Shown piece after piece: positions 10,725-17,770 of a stretch of DNA of 64,000 bases. Numbering within the stretch: position 1 is the first letter of the stretch; every line of letters begins with the position of its first letter. Made by a program: the position numbers and the translations under genes. Under the pieces are notes generated by a model. The model was not told the DNA's origin. It searched no databases and saw nothing but the letters and a program-made list of their open reading frames with translations. The stretch spans positions 565 to 64,564 of the forward strand of contig CAYNFQ010000003.1 in assembly GCA_964396715.1 (NCBI GenBank), written 5' to 3'. The stretch is from an uncultured Gammaproteobacteria bacterium. Lineage in GTDB: Bacteria; Patescibacteriota; Microgenomatia; Daviesbacterales; UBA10151.

Positions 10725-10961
10725 ATGAATACTGATAACCCTAATCCAACTCCACCGAGTGACAATAGTCAGCAACAGACATCTGATTCCAGTAATAATA
10801 ACGATTCTGGTCAACCACTGGCAGATTTAGTAGATGCACTACAGTCAGTTGATACAGAGTCACCAGAAGCAGGACTAAACGCAACAAGCATAGATGACAA
10901 TAATGGAGGCAGGATAGAATTAAACGAAGATCCCTCAGATCCGAATGTTATTAAGAAGTAG
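10725..10961 (+). CDS. Small acidic, low-complexity hypothetical protein (element 1 cargo)
   Basis: 78-aa ORF with TATAAT just upstream of the ATG. Confidence 0.55.
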   Translation: MNTDNPNPTPPSDNSQQQTSDSSNNNDSGQPLADLVDALQSVDTESPEAGLNATSIDDNNGGRIELNEDPSDPNVIKK

Positions 10962-10974
10962 CACCTTGAACCCT

Positions 10975-11364
10975 ATGGATATTGCTCAAACCGATCAAGA
11001 ATTACTTGAAAAAGAATTAAATACCAGTAGGCTAGATATTGACGAACTTGTTGAAGGTGATAAGGAAGTACCAATATTTCTGTCGGAATGGTTAAAAAAT
11101 GGGCTTAATGCCAGTGCAGCTTACAAAATCTTACACCCTAAAGTTAGTGATGCTTCAGCCAGAGTTTTAGGATCAAAAAAGTTAACAAAAATTAACATTT
11201 CCGCTATTTTGGCTGGATATGATCTCGGGTACAGTGATTATATCCTGGGTCTTAAAGAAGGTTTGATCGCCATGAAATTTAATGAACAAACAGGAGAAAA
11301 AGTACCAGATTACAAGGTAAGATTAGAATTTCACCGTATTTTAGGTAAATTATTAGGGTTTTAA
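10975..11364 (+). CDS. Phage terminase small-subunit-like protein
   Basis: F..EWLKNGLNASAAY..L.P.V...SARVLGSKKL.K pattern resembles TerS HTH N-termini; C-terminal VPDYKVRLEF; ATG at 10975. Confidence 0.5.
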   Translation: MDIAQTDQELLEKELNTSRLDIDELVEGDKEVPIFLSEWLKNGLNASAAYKILHPKVSDASARVLGSKKLTKINISAILAGYDLGYSDYILGLKEGLIAMKFNEQTGEKVPDYKVRLEFHRILGKLLGF

Positions 11365-11493
11365 ATAATCAACCTCTCCTTTACGAATTAAGTACAAGTT
11401 TTGAAAACGTTGACAAAAAGATATGCATCTAGCTATACTAAAAATAGGTTAATAAATGGATTATCTAAAGTAATTTATAAACATAGTAAAAAT

Positions 11494-12210
11494 ATGGAAC
11501 AAGGAATACCAGAAGATTTAAGTGCACTTGTTGCTCTCACAGGCGGTAGAAAGGATGATCAGCAAAGGGAGTCAGAAGGAATCAATGAATTCTTCAAAAT
11601 GTCCAAAGAACGACGTCATTTTCTTAGAGGGCACCTCGAAAAATTGGTAATGCAATATGCCTCCTCAATAAGACCGACTAAAAAGTCAGGACCACCAATA
11701 CCAGTTACAACACCTGAGGACGCACAACGAGTTATGTTTCTGCATGCTACTTACCAGTATTATCTTGATGTACTAACTGCAGCTGATATTATGGCTGACT
11801 ATCCTGATTTAGCAACTCGACGATATCCAGAACATATGTACGTGAGTGGTGACATTAGACTGTTACCACTAGGAGCAAATCCTAGACAAGCTGTCGAACA
11901 TTATCAAAATCAAGCAGCACTAAAGTTTGACCAGATTCGTGAGGCACAAGAGGAGGGGAATTGGCGTCCTCTCAAACGAGATTGGATGAGAAAAATTGAG
12001 AAACCAGAACCACTCAAATCCAGAAGAACAGGTCTAATTGGTAGTATTGAGGAAAAATGGCTAGCCGTGGCAAGGAGAGATTGGCTAAATGTTCGAATGT
12101 GGAATTTCGACAATAATTTTTATGATCTTCCATATGCTGCTCGTACTATTAATCTCATACCTGATAGAACAGAACCTGTATCTTACAGGCCAGACTTTAG
12201 ACTGAAATAG
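11494..12210 (+). CDS. Hypothetical protein (element 1 cargo)
   Basis: Long ORF, probable ATG at 11494; no recognised motif. Confidence 0.6.
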   Translation: MEQGIPEDLSALVALTGGRKDDQQRESEGINEFFKMSKERRHFLRGHLEKLVMQYASSIRPTKKSGPPIPVTTPEDAQRVMFLHATYQYYLDVLTAADIMADYPDLATRRYPEHMYVSGDIRLLPLGANPRQAVEHYQNQAALKFDQIREAQEEGNWRPLKRDWMRKIEKPEPLKSRRTGLIGSIEEKWLAVARRDWLNVRMWNFDNNFYDLPYAARTINLIPDRTEPVSYRPDFRLK

Positions 12211-12357
12211 AAATGTAAGGTTAAAGACTTTTTTCTCCTAAATCTATTTAAGTAAAAGCAAGCTCAAATACCCCAGCTTTTCCAAAACCAGATATTGTAG
12301 TATCATATTCAGGCGTAGGCTATTCAAATAACATCTCTATAATTTCTGTTACTTTAA

Positions 12358-13953
12358 ATGGATAATGAAGAAATTGATTTTACTAAGTTTAAGTATGTTC
12401 TTTATGCCCGTAAGTCTACAGATGATCCTCAGCGGCAAGTAAGATCTATAGGAGATCAGATATTTGAGTGTAAACAACTTGCTGCAAGACTTGGATTAAA
12501 TGTCATCAAGGTTTTAGAAGAAACAAAATCAGCTAAAAAGCCAAATAAGCGACCATTATTTAGACAAATGCTTAATGATCTCAAGAAAGGTCTCTATGAT
12601 GGCATATTGGCATGGAACCCAGATAGATTGGCTAGGAATATGAAAGAAGGTGGGGAGATTATAGACATGATTGATGAGGAGGAAATAAAGGATCTTAAAT
12701 TTGTTACGCATCATTTTACAAAAGATGCTAACGGAAAGATGCTACTTGGAATGTCATTTGTGCTTTCTAAACAATATAGTGACGATCTATCTCAAAAGGT
12801 AACAAGAGGAAATAAAAGAAAGCGTGCAGAGGGTAAATCATCTACACCCAAACATGGTTATATTATTACAGAGGAAGGTTATTATAAGCCTGACAAAAGA
12901 AATTTTGAATTGATTCAAACCGCATGGGAACTAAGAGCTAAAGGTGAATCCATAGAGCAAATAACAAAGTTTATGAATGATAATGATTACTCAAGAGTCA
13001 TTAAAAGGACAGGCAGAAAGGTTGACATGGATATGAGGATATTAAGTAAAATATTTAAAGATCCATTTTATTACGGAATTTTAATCCAAGCTAAACAAAC
13101 TGTTGATTTAAAAGATATATATAACTTTGTTTCAGCTACAACAGAGGATATTTATAATCAGGTTCAGCAACTTTCTTTTAGACGGCTCAGGCCTTTCAAT
13201 ATAAAACGAAGGTCTGTTTTCTATCCACTCAGAGGTATGATTATATGTTCTTTCTGCAACCATAATATGGTAGTAGGTCCATCAAAGGGCCAAGCTGGTA
13301 AAAGATTTCTCTATTACCGCTGTGATAATCCTTTTTGTACTAAAAACTCAGCAGAGAATCGTAAGAAGCATAGAAATGATCCCACAAAAATAAAGCCCTC
13401 TATTCGAGCAAGAGTAATATTTAATTTTATTTATGATCTATTAAAGGGTGGATTAGGTTTAACAGAGGAAGATTATAAGGGCTATTACGACAATTTAACC
13501 CAACTATCAGATACCACAAGAGAGAAAGTAGGGATTGAAATTCATAGTCTACAGGGAAGGCTAAAAAGACTAAATCAAGAAATAAAGGAACGCTCTTTGG
13601 AACTTGGTAAAGCTAATCAAATACCTACTGTTAAAAAAATCAATGAGGATAAGGTAATAGAACTTGAATCAGAGAAACTTGATTTAAGCAGCCAAATAGA
13701 AGAGTTTCAAGGAAAAATAACTAAACCAGAGGATGATAGGCTAAGTATAGAAGAATTCTTGAACCTCTCCAAAAATGCTGGTGCAATAATCCAATCGGCT
13801 GATGTAGTTATAAAAGATAAAATTTGTAGAGAAATTTTCTTGAACCTTACTGTTAATGAGGAGAAAGTATTGTCCTGTCAACTTCAACCTCACTTTGAGG
13901 AGATGATAAAACAACACCAACTACGTCATGGTCGAGATTTACGAAAAAGTTAG
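12358..13953 (+). CDS. Large serine recombinase LSR1
   Basis: YARKST catalytic Ser motif, WNPDRLARN, recombinase domain, CSFC...C..PFC zinc ribbon, coiled coil. Confidence 0.95.
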   Translation: MDNEEIDFTKFKYVLYARKSTDDPQRQVRSIGDQIFECKQLAARLGLNVIKVLEETKSAKKPNKRPLFRQMLNDLKKGLYDGILAWNPDRLARNMKEGGEIIDMIDEEEIKDLKFVTHHFTKDANGKMLLGMSFVLSKQYSDDLSQKVTRGNKRKRAEGKSSTPKHGYIITEEGYYKPDKRNFELIQTAWELRAKGESIEQITKFMNDNDYSRVIKRTGRKVDMDMRILSKIFKDPFYYGILIQAKQTVDLKDIYNFVSATTEDIYNQVQQLSFRRLRPFNIKRRSVFYPLRGMIICSFCNHNMVVGPSKGQAGKRFLYYRCDNPFCTKNSAENRKKHRNDPTKIKPSIRARVIFNFIYDLLKGGLGLTEEDYKGYYDNLTQLSDTTREKVGIEIHSLQGRLKRLNQEIKERSLELGKANQIPTVKKINEDKVIELESEKLDLSSQIEEFQGKITKPEDDRLSIEEFLNLSKNAGAIIQSADVVIKDKICREIFLNLTVNEEKVLSCQLQPHFEEMIKQHQLRHGRDLRKS

Positions 13954-14001
13954 AACCGAATTTCAAAGCTGTTAGCTCGGCCGCCTGCGGCGGCCTCGCT
14001 T
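13929..14001. repeat. attL arm (P'), 73-bp perfect inverted repeat of 14938-15010
   Basis: Base-by-base comparison. Confidence 0.95.
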
Positions 14002-14051
14002 CCGTTATTTTTTGCGCGCGCGATTTGTCTTTTTGCTGTCGCAAAAAGACC

Positions 14052-14423
14052 TTATTTAAACCCCGTGAACAGAACAATCACGAGTCCAACCATTGCCAAA
14101 AGAAAAATCGCCCAAGGAATAAAATAAACCGTTAATATTAATTTTGCTGACTTTTGATAATTTTTGATGTAAGGATCTTCGGGCAAAGGATTACTATCTT
14201 TATACCAACCATACAATTTGAGGGCAAAAACAACACTGTTTACTGGTAGCCTGGTATTTTTCCAGAAATCAGAATGTTTTTCTTCCATATACTTCCTAAA
14301 TTGTTGTGCTCGGATAGCTATAAACACAAACATGCCCGCTGTCCATACAACAACAAATAAAAAAGCTGGCATAAGCCACTGTCTGAAAAAAAATAATATA
14401 TTTAAAGTTGTATCTTGAGACAT
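14052..14423 (-). CDS. Small membrane protein (element 2 cargo)
   Basis: 123 aa with N- and C-terminal hydrophobic helices; GGAGGAGG SD upstream. Confidence 0.7.
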   Translation of the reverse strand: MSQDTTLNILFFFRQWLMPAFLFVVVWTAGMFVFIAIRAQQFRKYMEEKHSDFWKNTRLPVNSVVFALKLYGWYKDSNPLPEDPYIKNYQKSAKLILTVYFIPWAIFLLAMVGLVIVLFTGFK

Positions 14424-14937
14424 TTATTTAAACACCTCCTCCCGTCTAATACTTAGAATTAACTGTAATAATTATACAATTTATTATGAGTAGGCTGAGA
14501 TACATCGGTAACACTTTTCTTTTTGAACGACCCTTGCTTTTTGATTTTATCACGTCTATCTTATTCATATAGCCCAATTAGAACTTCTGACCCTTTTCAC
14601 TAGCTCCTGAAGCTATTTTGGTCATTTCTTGCTCAGTTGCACTGCCAACAAAGTTTAATCGTGCGATAAATTTATCAATAAATTCTTCTTTTGCCATAGA
14701 TTTAGAAGTGTTACCGATGTGCCCTGCTCGTTCATATTATTGAAAAAACAAAATCAATGGAGTATTATTTTAATTGAGCTCAAGAACTGCGGGGATTTTT
14801 AATGGCCGTATTGGACAAGTCCTCGCGGATTTGAGCGCACCAGTACGGCCATTAATTTTTTATAAAGCTCTTTAAAATTTTTGCGTTTTCTTTTGAGGAT
14901 TTTACAAAAAAAATCCTTTTCGAGCCGATACGTTCGA

Positions 14938-15107
14938 AAGCGAGGCCGCCGCAGGCGGCCGAGCTAACAGCTTTGAAATTCGGTTCTAACTTTTTCGTAA
15001 ATCTCGACCAAAAGAGAGAAAAAGTCCGGAAAGGTGGAGGCGCTCCGTGCGCCGCCGCCCGCACGGAGCGCCGAGAAGCCCTTTTTATATTCTGCCGAGA
15101 GCTGCCG
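14938..15107 (-). repeat. Internal inverted complete attP copy (P arm + TGGTCG core + P' arm, 170 bp)
   Basis: Its reverse complement equals 16551-16653 joined to 13935-14001. Confidence 0.92.
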
Positions 15108-15152
15108 GAAAAAAGAAGGAAAGAAAACGCAAAAATTTAGGAGAAACAAAAT

Positions 15153-16730
15153 ATGAACAAATACATCGCCTACTGCCGAAAATCCAGAGATGAAGCAGAC
15201 AAACAAGTTTTGTCTATCGAAGCGCAAATTGCCGAACTAAAGGAATTTGCCAGGCGAGAACATTTAGAAATTGTCGAGTTTATTGAGGAAGCCAAAACTG
15301 CCAAAATGCCAGGACGCGAGAAATTTTCCGAAGTGATTAAAAAAATCGAAAAAGGCTACGCCAATGGTATTCTCGCTTGGCACCCAGATCGTTTAGCCAG
15401 AAATTCGATGGACGGTGGAAAGATTGTCTATTTATTGGATATCGGTAAATTGGTCGATCTGAAATTCCCGACTTTCTGGTTTGACAATACCCCGCAAGGA
15501 AAATTTATGCTCTCAATCGCCTTTGGTCAATCAAAGTATTATGTAGACAATCTTTCCGAAAACGTCAAACGGGGCTTACGCCAAAAACTCCGAAACGGAG
15601 TTTGGCCAGCAAAAGCCCCTTATGGCTATGTGAACAATCCCAAAACCAGAGGCATAGATGTTGATCCTGAAAAATCAAAAGCTATTAAGCGAGCTTTTGA
15701 AATGTTTGCAGAAGGAAACCACACTTTTACAGACATAGCCAAATATCTTCGCAAGTTTGATCTGAAGCGTAAAAACGAAAAATCACTTCATATCAACGAA
15801 ATTCGGCAAATTCTCTCCAACAAGTTTTACATCGGGATTATGTTTTACAACGGCGAGTATCACGACGGAAACCATAAATGTTTTATCTCCAAAGAAATTT
15901 TTCAGGAGGCTCAAGAGGAAATAGCCAGAAGAAGCAAACATTTCAAAAAATCATACCGTTTTCCGTTTTTGGGACTTGCAAGGTGCAGCGAATGTGGTGC
16001 GGCCATCACCGCCGAACAACACATCAAGTTTTACAAAACCACTAACCGAAAAGTTAGTTATATTTACTATCGTTGTACCAAAAAACTCGGTCCGTGTTCC
16101 CAAGTTCCAATAACCAGTTTTGAGATGGAAGGACAGTTAAGAAAAGTTGTTTCTGATGTGGTGCTTCCCCAGAGTTGGGCTGACCACTGGCTGAAATTTT
16201 TGGAAAGAGATCAACAAGCTGAAAAAGAATCATCAGAAACAACTATCAAAAATCTCAAAATTGAAATTCAAGATGTAGATCGAAGGCAAAACACGCTTTT
16301 GGACAGTTATTTGGATAGTATCGTTGACCCCGAAACTTATAAATCCAAGAAAAACGAAATGTTCGAAACAAAACTTAAATTACAGGAAGAAATCGTCAAA
16401 GTTGAGGAGACGGGTTCGAGTTGGCTCGAACCTATGAGAGAGTTCATAAATTGCGCCTTACAGGCGCAAAAAATCGCGCGCGCAAAAAATAATTGCGAAG
16501 AATTAGCATTCTTCGCAAAACGTGTCGGCTCGAACTTCTTTTTATCTAATCGGCAGCTCTCGGCAGAATATAAAAAGGGCTTCTCGGCGCTCCGTGCGGG
16601 CGGCGGCGCACGGAGCGCCTCCACCTTTCCGGACTTTTTCTCTCTTTTGGTCGGGGTGACAGGAATTGAACCTGCTGCTTCACGCACCCCATGCGCGCGG
16701 TCTACCGATGACCTACACCCCGTATTCTAG
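15153..16730 (+). CDS. Large serine recombinase LSR2 (last 25 aa encoded antisense to tRNA-Pro)
   Basis: YCRKS, WHPDRLARN, APYGY, CSECG...C...C zinc ribbon, coiled coil. Confidence 0.95.
   Translation: MNKYIAYCRKSRDEADKQVLSIEAQIAELKEFARREHLEIVEFIEEAKTAKMPGREKFSEVIKKIEKGYANGILAWHPDRLARNSMDGGKIVYLLDIGKLVDLKFPTFWFDNTPQGKFMLSIAFGQSKYYVDNLSENVKRGLRQKLRNGVWPAKAPYGYVNNPKTRGIDVDPEKSKAIKRAFEMFAEGNHTFTDIAKYLRKFDLKRKNEKSLHINEIRQILSNKFYIGIMFYNGEYHDGNHKCFISKEIFQEAQEEIARRSKHFKKSYRFPFLGLARCSECGAAITAEQHIKFYKTTNRKVSYIYYRCTKKLGPCSQVPITSFEMEGQLRKVVSDVVLPQSWADHWLKFLERDQQAEKESSETTIKNLKIEIQDVDRRQNTLLDSYLDSIVDPETYKSKKNEMFETKLKLQEEIVKVEETGSSWLEPMREFINCALQAQKIARAKNNCEELAFFAKRVGSNFFLSNRQLSAEYKKGFSALRAGGGARSASTFPDFFSLLVGVTGIEPAASRTPCARSTDDLHPVF
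16551..16653. repeat. attR arm (P), 103-bp perfect inverted repeat of 15005-15107
   Basis: Base-by-base comparison; includes the 12-bp hairpin GCGCTCCGTGCG/CGCACGGAGCGC. Confidence 0.95.
16648..16722 (-). tRNA. tRNA-Pro(GGG)
   Basis: CGGGGTG/CACCCCG acceptor stem, GGTC/GACC D-stem, anticodon loop ATGGGGT, GGTTCAATTCC T-arm, encoded CCA. Confidence 0.95.
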
Positions 16731-16762
16731 TATTTTACCACTCGCCTGACTATAATTTAACT

Positions 16763-17551
16763 ATGAAATTAATATCCTTAAATACCTGGGGCGGGAAATA
16801 TTTTGAGCCTTTGGCAAACTTTATAAAACAACATTCTAAAGATTCCGATATTTTTTGTTTCCAGGAAATATACAATACCAGATCAAATATTAAACAATAT
16901 AAAAATATAATCATGACCAATTTACTGAATGAATTAAAAGATATCTTAACTGATTTTCAGGTCTTTTATTTTCCAATTCTGTCCGGATTTGATGATCAGG
17001 CGGATCCCGTGACTTTTGACCTAACCTGTGGCCTTGCAATATTCATAAAGAAGAACATCCGGATAATTTCATATAAGGATTATTTTATATACCAGGATCC
17101 TAGCTTCACTGCTTTAAAAAAAGACTTTTCAAATCTTGCAACGCCACTTCAACAAATAAGCTTTAATTTAAAGGGTAAAACTATCTCTGTTTTTAACTTT
17201 CATGGAACACCCTTCCCTGCTGATAAATTGGACTCTCCAAACCGTTTGGAAGAAGCAGAAAAAGTTAAAGATATTGTTGCAAAATCAGCAGATGGGAAAA
17301 TTTTGGTTGGTGATTTTAACCTACTTCCCCAAACAGAATGTATAAAAATTATTGGACAAAATATGCGGAATTTAATCGAGGAATTTAATATAGAAAGAAC
17401 CAGAAGTAACTTAAGTCCTTACTTTAAAAAACCACATTTTCAACTCTTTGCAGATTATGTTTTCGTAACAAGTGATGTTGAGATAAAAGATTTTCAAGTT
17501 CAGGAAGTGGAAATTTCAGACCACTTACCAATGATTTTGGCATTTGATTAA
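16763..17551 (+). CDS. Endonuclease/exonuclease/phosphatase family protein
   Basis: SLNTWGG, FCFQE, GDFN, DYVF and SDHLP motifs. Confidence 0.92.
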   Translation: MKLISLNTWGGKYFEPLANFIKQHSKDSDIFCFQEIYNTRSNIKQYKNIIMTNLLNELKDILTDFQVFYFPILSGFDDQADPVTFDLTCGLAIFIKKNIRIISYKDYFIYQDPSFTALKKDFSNLATPLQQISFNLKGKTISVFNFHGTPFPADKLDSPNRLEEAEKVKDIVAKSADGKILVGDFNLLPQTECIKIIGQNMRNLIEEFNIERTRSNLSPYFKKPHFQLFADYVFVTSDVEIKDFQVQEVEISDHLPMILAFD

Positions 17552-17713
17552 AATGAAGCTGATGGTTCTGTTTATATAGAAGCAGAAGGAAATAAAGAAA
17601 AATTGGATCAATTTTTAGATTGGTGCAAAACTGGCCCTACTTTGGCTAAAGTTGAAAGAATTCAAATAAGCCAAGGGCAATTAAAAAATTTCACAGAGTT
17701 CTATATAAACTAG
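17552..17713 (+). pseudogene. acyP: C-terminal remnant of acylphosphatase
   Basis: NEADGSVYIEAEGNKEKLDQFLDWCKTGPTLAKVERI...; no start codon, N-terminal half absent. Confidence 0.75.
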
Positions 17714-17770
17714 GAGATTATTTTGGATTGTTGGAAGCTATTTATCTCCTGGGGTTGGTTTACCATATTA

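Larger units (their letters stand above)
10488..13934 (+). mobile_element. Integrated LSR element 1 (about 3.44 kb) at the tRNA-Pro 3' end
   Basis: Left junction CATAGTCGA (10488-10496) matches CATGGTCGA (13927-13935) in the LSR1 3' end, in frame with a 46-codon orphan extension; carries an LSR and a TerS-like gene. Confidence 0.7.
13929..16653 (+). mobile_element. Integrated LSR element 2 (2719-bp circle equivalent) at the tRNA-Pro 3' end
   Basis: Bounded by direct TGGTCG cores (13929-13934, 16648-16653); the right core is the tRNA 3' end; contains an internal inverted complete attP copy. Confidence 0.85.

Noticed and set aside
13853-15064. ORFs 13853-14077 and 14852-15064
   Set aside because: They are translations of the att repeats and hairpins and show no protein-like features.
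14964-15227. 87-aa minus-strand ORF sharing sequence with the LSR2 C-terminus
   Set aside because: A by-product of the inverted attP copy that starts antisense within LSR2; not treated as an independent gene, though it reveals the attP-form tail.
13929-16653. Diversity-generating retroelement TR/VR or CRISPR interpretation of the repeats
   Set aside because: The copies are identical and inverted, with no adenine-specific mismatches, no reverse transcriptase and no repeat-spacer periodicity.
17549-17551. Stop-codon readthrough or alternative genetic code joining EEP and acyP
   Set aside because: The stop is TAA, EEP ends at its normal SDHLP terminus, acyP lacks its N-terminal active-site half, and TGA/TAG/TAA all terminate conserved genes here.
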